In this document: positions 56,465-64,000 of the stretch, piece by piece | Numbering within the stretch: the first letter of the stretch is position 1 | Layout: the number at the start of each line of letters is the position of its first letter | Assembly (NCBI GenBank): GCA_022828135.1 | Contig: JAJEJB010000003.1 | Location: 514 to 64,513 of the forward strand | Reading direction: 5' to 3' | Source of the DNA: Acidimicrobiia bacterium | Lineage (GTDB): Bacteria; Actinomycetota; Acidimicrobiia; Acidimicrobiales; Aldehydirespiratoraceae | Length of the DNA: 64,000 bases | The notes under the pieces: model-generated | Told to the model about the DNA's origin: nothing | Databases searched by the model: none | The model's input: only the letters and a program-made list of their open reading frames with translations | Translations under genes and position numbers: made by a program

Positions 56465-58240
56465 TCAGCCGTCCGGCTCGCCGGTCTGATGCGGCCGGGA
56501 CGGCGGGTTGACATGGACGGTGACGATCTCGAGCTCGTGGTACTGCTGGTGGAGCACTGAGGCCGCGTAGTGCTGGAGCAGCCGCAGCGAGACGTCGCGC
56601 TCGACCGGTCTGTCCGCGGTCGGCTCGTCGAGCACGGCCAGCCGGTCCTCGATGTTCTCGCCCCGGGCCGCGGCCACGAACTCGAGCACGGCCCGCCCGT
56701 CCTGCTTGCTGGCTGTCACACGCAGCGCTCGCCCGGCGAGGTCGTCGTCAGCCCCTTCGACGTCCAACAACGTCAGCAGGGTCTCCTCGGCGACCGCGTC
56801 GAGCCTCTCCGACATCGGAGTCCCCCAGCGGTGGCGCGTCGCGAAGTCGTCCAGGAACTGCCGGATGCGCGGCAGCTCCGACAACGCCAGGTCTGTTCGC
56901 AGCCGATGGCGGCGGGCTTGGGTCGCCTCCATGAACAGCGTCAGCACGATCGCCACCAGGCCGCCCGCAGTCATGCCGTTCTCTAGGAAGCCGCCGGCGA
57001 ACCCCTCCAGGTACTCCGGGAAGATCAGGTTGTTCTGGAAGCCGACGCCGAGCCAGAACGCGACTCCCGCGATGAGGCCCTTGCGGTAGTCCGCGGCCTC
57101 TTCGGCGACGATGCGCATGCCGACGACGAACAGCAGCGCTATCAGCACCGTGGCGTACGCCGCGACGACTGCGTCGGGTATCGCGATCACCAACGCCAGG
57201 AACTTGGGCAGGAGGGCCATCACCATGAAGACGACACCGATGGCAACGCCGACGCGGCGGGCGGCGACCCCGGTGAGCTCGGTGATGGCAACGCTGCTGG
57301 AGTAGGTCGTGTTCGGGACCGTGCCGGCCAGTCCCGACAGCAGATTGCCGGTGCCGTCGGCGGCCACCGCTCCCTGAACGACGCGGTAGTCCACCGCCCG
57401 CGGCTGGCGCCACGAGACGCGCTGTATGGCCACCGAGTCGCCCAGAGTCTCGATCGCGCCGATGATCGTGACCATCACGAAAGCGGGCAGAAGGCTCCAG
57501 AACGCCGAGCCGAACGAGAGGTCGAGGCCGGGCCAGTCGGCATCGGGCAGACCGATCCAGGCCGCGTCAGCCACCCGGTCCGTGTCGTACAGCCCGAAGG
57601 CCGCGGCCACCACCGAGCCGGCCACGACGCCGATGACCGGCGCCCACAGCCGGAGGCTGCCTGAGGATCCCAGCGCCACGGCAATGATCACGACCATGGT
57701 GACCACGTAGGTCGTGGGCGAGCTCCATTCGGAGCTGCCCTCCGGTGAGGCCGTCACCATGTCGAAGAGGAGCGGCATCACGGTCACCGCGATCAGCATC
57801 ACCACCGTGCCGGCGACGGTGGGGGTCAGGAGTCTCCTGAACAGCGACAGCCTCGCGGCGAGCAGGAACTGGAAGAGCGACGACGCCACCACGAGCGTGG
57901 CCAGCAGTCCGGGGCCTCCCTCCAGCAGCGCGGCCACGCACACCGCGATGAACGCGCCCGACGTCCCCATCATCAGCACGTACCCGGCGCCGATGCGTCC
58001 GAGCCGCACCGCCTGGAGGACTGTGCTGGCCCCGCTGACGACCGCGGCCGCGAACACCGCCCATGTCAGGTACGACTCGCTCTCGCCGGCGGCCCGGATG
58101 ATGATCGCGGGTGTGAGCACGATGCCCGCGATGGCGAGGACCGCGAACTGGAGGCCCAGTCCGGCGGTCAGCGCCGCGGGCGGCTTGTCGTCGGGCTCGT
58201 ACCGGATGTGGCGCGGCTGTGCCGATGCTGCCTGTTCCAT
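56465..58240 (-). CDS. NCS2 (xanthine/uracil/purine permease) family transporter with extra cytoplasmic C-terminal domain
   Basis: The start was trimmed to the ATG at 58238-58240 (MEQAASAQPRHIRYEPDDKPP...); an alternative ATG lies 39 nt upstream. It has about 13 TM segments and NCS2-like segments (LMMGTSGAFIAV, GIAGTVPNTTYSSSVAIT-like LAGTVPNTTYSSSVAITELTG). The last roughly 165 aa are soluble. The 5' 690 nt of the track ORF are rejected. Confidence 0.85.
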   Translation of the reverse strand: MEQAASAQPRHIRYEPDDKPPAALTAGLGLQFAVLAIAGIVLTPAIIIRAAGESESYLTWAVFAAAVVSGASTVLQAVRLGRIGAGYVLMMGTSGAFIAVCVAALLEGGPGLLATLVVASSLFQFLLAARLSLFRRLLTPTVAGTVVMLIAVTVMPLLFDMVTASPEGSSEWSSPTTYVVTMVVIIAVALGSSGSLRLWAPVIGVVAGSVVAAAFGLYDTDRVADAAWIGLPDADWPGLDLSFGSAFWSLLPAFVMVTIIGAIETLGDSVAIQRVSWRQPRAVDYRVVQGAVAADGTGNLLSGLAGTVPNTTYSSSVAITELTGVAARRVGVAIGVVFMVMALLPKFLALVIAIPDAVVAAYATVLIALLFVVGMRIVAEEAADYRKGLIAGVAFWLGVGFQNNLIFPEYLEGFAGGFLENGMTAGGLVAIVLTLFMEATQARRHRLRTDLALSELPRIRQFLDDFATRHRWGTPMSERLDAVAEETLLTLLDVEGADDDLAGRALRVTASKQDGRAVLEFVAAARGENIEDRLAVLDEPTADRPVERDVSLRLLQHYAASVLHQQYHELEIVTVHVNPPSRPHQTGEPDG

Positions 58241-58354
58241 GACGACGATGATTGCGAAGACATGCCGCACTTCCAACATTGCGACTGGCTGGCGTGGGGC
58301 CGTCCTGGACGCGGCGAGGTAGCGGCCGACCGGATGCGTTGATTGCATGGCGGG

Positions 58355-59434
58355 ATGGACAGAGACGAGTTTCACGACAAAGTGGTGTCCGGGCGGGCCT
58401 GGGCCGAGTTCTGCGACGCCCTGAAGGCTGCCGGTGACCTGGTCCAGGAACGGTCCACCTGCGACCTGGACCGGATCGAGGGCTACCGGTTCCTGAGCCG
58501 GCTGGCCCGGGGCGGGCTCTACAGCTCGATCGAGACCGGCGACGTGCGCTTCCCGGTGCTCACAACCATGCCCGACCAGGTCAAGATCGGCTCGGACAAT
58601 CCCGACTCGCTCTACATGTCGGGCAACATCGACGGCCGGCTCAACTACCGCATCTCCGGCCAGCGGGGGACCGTCCACTACCTGTCTTTCACCGCCTTCA
58701 CCGGAAGCTACGGCGTGGGCCAGGAGCGTCTCGGCCAGGCCGGCTTCCTGCACGGAGGGGACCTCCTCGTCGACGACGACGGTCGCTTCGAGATCTTCGT
58801 CGGGCCCGAGCAACGGGGCGACAACTGGCTGCAGACCAGTCCCGAGCCGACCCTCATCGCCATCCGGCAGTTCTTCCTGGACCGCGACAACGAGCTGCCG
58901 ATCTCGGTGCGGATCGAGTGCCTCGACCACGACGATCTCCCCCCGCCGCTGCCGGCCGAGCGGTTGGGCAAGGCGCTGGAGTCGGCGGCCGCGTTCGTGG
59001 CCGGAGTGTCAGCCGTCTTCAGCGGATGGGTGGACGATCTCGGCGCCAGTGCCCGCAACGGCCTCACGACCGAGGCGGGGCCGATGCAGGGAGCCTGGGG
59101 CGACCCCAACCAGATCTTCCGGCACGGCACCTACGACCTCGACGACGGCGAGGCCCTGCTGATCGAGTTCACCCCGCCCGAGTGCTTCTACTGGAACTTC
59201 CAGGTGGACAACCGCTGGATGGAGAGCCTCGACTACCGCCGGCTGCCGGTGACCGTCAACAAGCGCACCGCCCGCTACGAGCCCGACGGCTCGGTGCGCA
59301 TCGTGGTGGCGGCTGCCGACCCCGGCTTCGGCAACTGGATGTCGACCGACGGGCACCGCTTCGGCGCCATCGGCCTGCGCTGGAACCAGGCCGTCGCCGA
59401 CGTCGAGCCCGACGTACGGGTGATCAGCGTCTAG
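58355..59434 (+). CDS. DUF1214/DUF1254-like protein
   Basis: The ATG at 58355 is in frame with the track's TTG at 58343. It contains DLDRIEGYRFLSRL, SDNPDSLYMSG, YWNFQVDNRWMES and NWMSTDGH. This matches the DUF1214-family pattern from memory. Confidence 0.6.
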   Translation: MDRDEFHDKVVSGRAWAEFCDALKAAGDLVQERSTCDLDRIEGYRFLSRLARGGLYSSIETGDVRFPVLTTMPDQVKIGSDNPDSLYMSGNIDGRLNYRISGQRGTVHYLSFTAFTGSYGVGQERLGQAGFLHGGDLLVDDDGRFEIFVGPEQRGDNWLQTSPEPTLIAIRQFFLDRDNELPISVRIECLDHDDLPPPLPAERLGKALESAAAFVAGVSAVFSGWVDDLGASARNGLTTEAGPMQGAWGDPNQIFRHGTYDLDDGEALLIEFTPPECFYWNFQVDNRWMESLDYRRLPVTVNKRTARYEPDGSVRIVVAAADPGFGNWMSTDGHRFGAIGLRWNQAVADVEPDVRVISV

Positions 59435-60570
59435 TCCAGGAACTTGAAGGCGGTCCGCATCTCGGCCACGAACAGCTCGGGCTGCTCGAACGCCGCGAAG
59501 TGGCCGCCCACTTCGGGTTCGTTCCAGTAGCGGATGTCGGTGTAGCGCTTCTCGGCCCAGCGCCGGCTGGCCCGGAAGACCTCGTTGGGGAAGATGCTGC
59601 ATGCCGTGGGGATCTCGACCTCGCCGGCGGCGAAGCTGGCGAAGCTCTCCCAGTAGAGCCGGGCCGACGAGGCCCCGGTGGCGGTGAACCAGTACAGCGA
59701 CACGTTGTCCAGCAGCTGGTCGCGGCTGTAGTAGTCCTCGGGGTGGGCGCTGCGGTCGGTCCACGACCAGAACTTCTCGAGGATCCAGCCGGCGAGGCCT
59801 GCCGGCGAGTCCACCAGGCTGTAGCCGATGGTCTGGGGCCGGCTCGACTGCTGCTTGGAGTAGCCGGAGTCCCACTTGTCGTAGTAGCCCATCGACTCCA
59901 GCGCGGCCTGCTCCTTGGCCGTCAGGTCGGCCATCGACTCCTTGGACGGCCCGGCCACCGGCATGTTGGTGTGGATGGCCCGGCACCGTCCGAGGTTCTG
60001 CATGCCGATGTGGGTGGTCACCGCCGAGCCCCAGTCGCCGCCCTGGGCCACGTAGCTGTCGTAGCCGAGGCGATCCATCAGCTCGTCCCACATCGCCGCG
60101 ATGCGCTCCACGCCGGTGCCCGGGGCCGAGGGCCTGGCGCTGAAGCCGTAGCCGGGCAGCGACGGCAGCACCAGATGGAAGGCGTCGCCCTCTGTTCCGC
60201 CGTGCGACGTCGGGTCGACGAGCGGGTCGATCACCTGGGTGAACTCCAGCACCGAGCCGGGCCAACCGTGGGTGACGATCATGGGCAGGGCGTCGTCGTG
60301 GGTCGAGCGGATGTGCTGGAAGTGGACGTCGAGCCCGTCGACGTCGGTGATGAAGTTGGGTCGGGAGTTGATGGCGGCCTCACAGCGCCGCCAGTCGTAG
60401 TCGCGAGCCCAGTACTCGCACACCTCTCGCAGGTACGCCAGCGGGATGCCCTGGGACCAGTCGTCGACGACCTCGGGCTCGGGCCAGCGGGTGCGAGTCA
60501 GCCGGGTCTTGAGGTCGTCGATCTCGGCGTCGTCGACCCCGACGGTGAACGGACGGATCTCTGTGCTCAT
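59431..60570 (-). CDS. Epoxide hydrolase (EHN N-terminal domain plus alpha/beta hydrolase)
   Basis: The start was trimmed to the ATG at 60568-60570 (MSTEIRPFTVGVDDAEIDDLKTRLTRTRWP...). It contains THGWPGS (the HGWP oxyanion motif), the nucleophile GGDWGS and GGHFAAFEQP. Confidence 0.88.
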   Translation of the reverse strand: MSTEIRPFTVGVDDAEIDDLKTRLTRTRWPEPEVVDDWSQGIPLAYLREVCEYWARDYDWRRCEAAINSRPNFITDVDGLDVHFQHIRSTHDDALPMIVTHGWPGSVLEFTQVIDPLVDPTSHGGTEGDAFHLVLPSLPGYGFSARPSAPGTGVERIAAMWDELMDRLGYDSYVAQGGDWGSAVTTHIGMQNLGRCRAIHTNMPVAGPSKESMADLTAKEQAALESMGYYDKWDSGYSKQQSSRPQTIGYSLVDSPAGLAGWILEKFWSWTDRSAHPEDYYSRDQLLDNVSLYWFTATGASSARLYWESFASFAAGEVEIPTACSIFPNEVFRASRRWAEKRYTDIRYWNEPEVGGHFAAFEQPELFVAEMRTAFKFLD

Positions 60571-60686
60571 GCCGGGCATGGTAGGCAGCGACGCGGCTGC
60601 GGAGGACCGGCCGACGCGTTCTCGATGTAGTTGTGCCGCTCTCGTGCGCCTAACTACGTCAAGAACGGCCACGTAGGCTCAGCGCC

Positions 60687-61757
60687 GTGGACCTGCCCGT
60701 GATGCCGCCGGTGAAGCCGATGCTGGCCAAGGCCGTCAGCGGGATCCCCGACGGCGATCTGGCCTTCGAGCCGAAGTGGGACGGCTTCCGCTGCATCGTG
60801 TTCCGCGACGGCGACGAGGTGGAGTTGGGCAGCCGCAACGAGCGGCCCCTCACCCGCTACTTCCCCGAGTTGATCGAGCCGCTCAAGGCTGGGCTGCCAC
60901 CCCGGGCGGTGGTCGACGGCGAGATCATCGTGCCGGTGGACGACCGGCTCGGATTCGACGCCCTGCAGCAGCGGATCCATCCGGCGGAGAGCCGGATCAA
61001 CCGGCTGGCGGTCGAGACTCCGGCCGAGTTCATCGCCTTCGACGTGCTGGCCGTGGCCGACGCCGATCTCATGGGCGAGCCGTTCCGGGATCGGCGGGCG
61101 GTGCTGGAGGCGATGGCGGGCGCTTTCGAGGCCCCGGTCCGGCTGGCCCCGTCCACCGTCGACCGGGATCTGGCCCGCGACTGGTACGAGCGCTTCGAGG
61201 GCGCCGGGCTCGACGGCCTCATCGCCAAGCCCCGGGGCGGGATCTACGAGCCCAACAAGCGGACCCAGTTCAAGGTCAAGCACACCCGTACAGTCGACGT
61301 GGCCGTGGCCGGCTTCCGCATGCACGTCGACGGCGAGGGGGTGGGCTCGCTGGTGGTGGGCCTGCACGACGACGCCGGCCACCTGCACCACTGCGGGGTG
61401 GCGGCCAGCTTCACCGCCCAGCGGCGCCGGGAGTTGCTCGGCGAGCTGCGGCCCCACGTGATGGACGACCCCCGCGACCATCCGTGGGCGGAATGGATGG
61501 ACCCGGCCGCCCACCATGAGGGCGCGGTGATGCCCGGCACGCCCAACCGGTGGTCCGGCCAGCGCCGGCAGCAGCCCTGGGTTCCGCTGCGGCTCGAGCT
61601 GGTGGCCGAGGTCAAGTACGAGGCCATGCTCAACGGCCGTTTCCGGGGCACCACCCGCATGGTGCGCTGGCGGCCCGACCGCACCCCCGAGTCCTGCAAC
61701 TTCGACCAGATCGAGACCGCGCCGCCCATGGGCATCAGCGAAGTCCTATCCGCCTGA
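60687..61757 (+). CDS. ligC: ATP-dependent DNA ligase (LigC type)
   Basis: GTG start. The N-terminus MDLPVMPPVKPMLAK matches the mycobacterial LigC N-terminus. The adenylation motif I EPKWDGFR is present, followed by DGEIIV, FIAFDVL, LDGLIAKP and KVKH. Confidence 0.9.
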   Translation: MDLPVMPPVKPMLAKAVSGIPDGDLAFEPKWDGFRCIVFRDGDEVELGSRNERPLTRYFPELIEPLKAGLPPRAVVDGEIIVPVDDRLGFDALQQRIHPAESRINRLAVETPAEFIAFDVLAVADADLMGEPFRDRRAVLEAMAGAFEAPVRLAPSTVDRDLARDWYERFEGAGLDGLIAKPRGGIYEPNKRTQFKVKHTRTVDVAVAGFRMHVDGEGVGSLVVGLHDDAGHLHHCGVAASFTAQRRRELLGELRPHVMDDPRDHPWAEWMDPAAHHEGAVMPGTPNRWSGQRRQQPWVPLRLELVAEVKYEAMLNGRFRGTTRMVRWRPDRTPESCNFDQIETAPPMGISEVLSA

Positions 61758-61798
61758 AGAACAAGTGCTCCAGTTGCGGGAGCGCGCGGCCGGCTAGG

Positions 61799-61886
61799 CC
61801 GGGGGGTGGCGACGGGTCCGGGCGGCCGACAATGGGGCGAAGCCCCGTCGGCCGGACGGAGCCCGGCGACAGAACCCGCCGGCCGG
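61799..61886 (+). repeat. Repeat family C, intergenic copy between convergent ligC and the exonuclease gene
   Basis: It reads ccggggggtggcgacgggtccgggcggccgacaatggggcgaagccccgtcggccggacggagcccggcgacagaacccgccggccgg. It contains nested inverted repeats around GGGGCGAAGCCCC. Confidence 0.85.
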
Positions 61887-61897
61887 AACAGCCAGCC

Positions 61898-62761
61898 CTA
61901 CGACGCGGCCAGCTCGCGGGCCCGAGCGGCGAGGCGCTCAGCGCCCAGCACAGCGCAGCGCTCCTCGAGACCGGGTCGCGGTCCGCGCCATTCCATCTCG
62001 TCGACGGTGGCCGACACGGGGGCGCCGAGCTCCACGGTCGCGATCCGGCGGAACAGCAGCGCGTCCTCGAAGCTGTCTCGCAAAGCGGCCGCCAGCTTGG
62101 CCGCGCCCCGCACCTGCACGTCCCACTGATCGGGGTCGAACGGGATGGCGGTGATGTGGCCGTAACGGGCCAGCAAGGCCGACGCCGACTTGGCGCCCCA
62201 GCCGGGCAGGCCCGGGAAGCCGTCGGCGGAGTCGCCCACCAGGCCGAGATAGTCGGGTATCGATGCCGGGGGCACACCGAACTTGTCCACCACCCCGGCG
62301 TGGTCGTAGAGCACTCTCTGGCGCCGGTCGTACTGCACTATCCGCCCGTCGACGGTCACGCACTGGGCTAGGTCCTTGTCCGGCGTGCAGATCACCACTT
62401 GCTCGACACGCGGGTCGCCGGCGGCCACCGCCGCGGCGGACGCCAGCCCGTCGTCGGCCTCATGCTCGATCTGCGGCCAAACCGCGAATCCGGCCAGCTC
62501 CAGCAGCTCTTCGAGTTCGGGGAACTGGGCCTTGAGGTCAGGGTCCACCCCGCTGCCGTCCTTGTAGCCGGCCAGCATCTCGTTGCGGAACGACTCGATC
62601 ACGTGGTCGGTGGCTATGCCGATGTGGGTGGCGCCATCGGACACGAGGTCGAGCATCGAGTTGAGCACGCCCCGCTGGGCACCCCGGCGCGGGTCGCGGT
62701 TCGACTTGGCGTAATGGAAGCGGAAGAGCTCGTAGGTGCCGTCGATCAGATGCACCAGCAC
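61898..62761 (-). CDS. 5'-3' exonuclease / flap endonuclease (Pol I N-terminal domain-like)
   Basis: 287-aa product with LIDGTYELFR, EADDGLA, CTPDKDLAQ and DYLGLVGDSADGFPGLPGWGAKSA (H3TH). Confidence 0.88.
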   Translation of the reverse strand: MLVHLIDGTYELFRFHYAKSNRDPRRGAQRGVLNSMLDLVSDGATHIGIATDHVIESFRNEMLAGYKDGSGVDPDLKAQFPELEELLELAGFAVWPQIEHEADDGLASAAAVAAGDPRVEQVVICTPDKDLAQCVTVDGRIVQYDRRQRVLYDHAGVVDKFGVPPASIPDYLGLVGDSADGFPGLPGWGAKSASALLARYGHITAIPFDPDQWDVQVRGAAKLAAALRDSFEDALLFRRIATVELGAPVSATVDEMEWRGPRPGLEERCAVLGAERLAARARELAAS

Positions 62762-62774
62762 CGCGCCGACCCCG

Positions 62775-63173
62775 CTACTCCTCGACCAATTCGATCAGGG
62801 TGCCGAACGACCCCTTGGGATGGATGAACGCGATGGTGGTATTGCGGCTGCCGGGCCTCGGCGCCTCGTCTATGGGCGTGGCCCCAGCCTTCACCATCGC
62901 TTCCAGTGCGGCCGCGCAGTCCGGCACCCGGTAGCCCACGTGGTGCAGGCCCTCGCCCCGCTTGTCGAGGAACTTGGCCACGGGCGAGTCGGCGCGTGTG
63001 GCCGAGATGAGTTGCACGTAGCTCTCGGCCACCGCGAGCAGGGCCTCCTCGACCCCGTCTTGCTCCACCACCTCGCGATGTTCGACCTCTGCTCCCAGAG
63101 CGTCCCGGTACCAGTCGATCGCGGCGTCGAGGTCACGGACCGCGATGGCGACATGGTCGATCTCAGTGAGCAT
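62775..63173 (-). CDS. mce: Methylmalonyl-CoA epimerase (VOC family)
   Basis: 132-aa product with IDHVAIAVRDLDAAIDWY, GLHHVGYRV and FIHPKGSFGTLIELVE. Confidence 0.88.
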   Translation of the reverse strand: MLTEIDHVAIAVRDLDAAIDWYRDALGAEVEHREVVEQDGVEEALLAVAESYVQLISATRADSPVAKFLDKRGEGLHHVGYRVPDCAAALEAMVKAGATPIDEAPRPGSRNTTIAFIHPKGSFGTLIELVEE

Positions 63174-63198
63174 CGCGGCAATCTACCCGTTCGGCCTC

Positions 63199-63807
63199 TC
63201 AGGCTCCGTCGAGTGATCTGCGGCCCTCGAAGGCCCGCCCCAGCGTGATCTCGTCGGCGTACTCGAGGTCGCCGCCCACCGGCAGGCCGCTGGCGATGCG
63301 GGTCACCTGCACCCCGGCAGGCTTGAGGTACTTGTGGACCAGCATCGCGGTCGCCTCGCCCTCCAGATTGGGATTGGTGGCCACGATCACCTCTTCGATG
63401 CCCTCGTCGGTCACCCGGGCCAGAAGCTCCTTGAGGCGGAGCTGGTCGACGCCGACACCGTCGATCGGGCTGAACGCTCCCTGAAGCACGTGGTAACGGC
63501 CCGCGAACTCACCGGTGCGCTCGACCGCCACCACGTCCTGGGCGTCCTCCACGACGCAGACAAGGCTCGGATTGCGCCTGGCATCGCGGCACACGGCGCA
63601 TTCGCCGCCCTGCTCGGCCAGGTTGAAGCAACGAGGGCAGTACGACACCTTCTCCTTGGCCTCGGAGATCGCCCGGGCCAGCCGGTTGGCGTCCTCGGTC
63701 GGTGCTCTCAACAGATAGAACGCCACCCGCTGCGCCGACTTGGGTCCGATGCCGGGCAGCCGTCCGAGCTGATCGATCAGCTCCTGAACTGCGCTCGAGT
63801 AGCTCAT
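63199..63807 (-). CDS. recR: Recombination protein RecR
   Basis: The start was trimmed to the ATG at 63805-63807 ([33 protein letters not shown]). The zinc finger [17 protein letters not shown] and the Toprim [12 protein letters not shown]...[12 protein letters not shown] are present. Confidence 0.95.
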   Translation of the reverse strand: MSYSSAVQELIDQLGRLPGIGPKSAQRVAFYLLRAPTEDANRLARAISEAKEKVSYCPRCFNLAEQGGECAVCRDARRNPSLVCVVEDAQDVVAVERTGEFAGRYHVLQGAFSPIDGVGVDQLRLKELLARVTDEGIEEVIVATNPNLEGEATAMLVHKYLKPAGVQVTRIASGLPVGGDLEYADEITLGRAFEGRRSLDGA

Positions 63808-63821
63808 CTCGACACCCCCGC

Positions 63822-64000
63822 TACGTCTCGTCGCCGGCGTTTTCGCCGTCTGGTTCGGGCAGCAGGGTGAGCTCCGTTCCGGGGAAGGTCGCCTTGATCT
63901 TCTCTTCGATGTCGTGGGCGTGGCTGGGGGCCTCGGCCAGGTCATCCAGATCGGCTAGGTCGAAGCCGTCAACGGCTTCCTCCTCCGGTGGTCCGTCAAG
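63822..64000 (-). CDS. 3' end of an upstream gene (acidic C-terminus), possibly dnaX; runs off right edge
   Basis: Manual translation gives ...[59 protein letters not shown]. Its position upstream of recR is where dnaX (or ybaB) normally sits. No diagnostic motif falls within the window. Confidence 0.35.

Noticed and set aside
58241-58930. 230-codon N-terminal extension of the permease ORF (the track calls 56465-58930).
   Set aside because: The extension is not hydrophobic or transporter-like. It overlaps the convincingly coding plus-strand DUF1214-like gene. The NCS2 homology begins at MEQAAS... (58240).
61550-62371. 273-aa plus-strand ORF that translates the family-C repeat (SGRPTMGRSPVGRTEP) like nuoG does.
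   Set aside because: It overlaps the ligC 3' end and is antisense to the well-supported 5'-3' exonuclease gene. The shared peptide simply reflects the shared DNA repeat, not a protein family.

Overview
High-GC actinobacterial-type chromosomal window. mshA is present, GTG/TTG starts are common, and many gene pairs have ATGA/GTGA stop-start overlaps. All calls rest on reading the supplied ORF translations and the DNA by eye, with motif recognition from memory; no database search was run. About 68 genes are supportable. The main theme is respiration. (i) 1-7645 (-) holds a nuoA-B-C-D-H-I-J-K-L-M cluster with no nuoE/F/G. (ii) 16337-31947 (-) holds a complete 14-gene nuoA-N operon. (iii) 31988-37822 (-), directly upstream on the same strand, holds a Rieske/cytochrome b6-type cluster: membrane protein, 2x[4Fe-4S] ferredoxin, split cytochrome b with the heme-ci-type Cys, subunit IV, Rieske protein, dihaem cytochrome c, membrane protein. 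Between the two nuo loci (7.7-16.3 kb) is an accessory stretch with a STAS protein, a CPA2 antiporter-CBS fusion, a PhyH dioxygenase, convergent LigB/LigA, an SLH-anchored gluzincin peptidase, a truncated YbaK-like gene and a lower-GC zeta-toxin-like module. The right half starts with a 5.7-kb gene for a 1,899-aa exported multidomain protein. It then carries mostly housekeeping genes: mshA, a MoaD-like carrier, tRNA-Lys, a cyclophilin, aat, pccB plus epsilon subunit, an NCS2 permease, an epoxide hydrolase, ligC, a 5'-3' exonuclease, mce and recR. The most unusual observations are these. The exported giant protein carries a PEP-utilising swivel-His plus ATP-grasp core fused to extracellular-type repeats. 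Two families of short structured repeats are present, one copy sitting in-frame inside nuoG and others bracketing the nuoE/F/G genes. The b6-type bc cluster with an embedded ferredoxin is fused onto the nuo operon, with small tandem duplications at the gene junctions.
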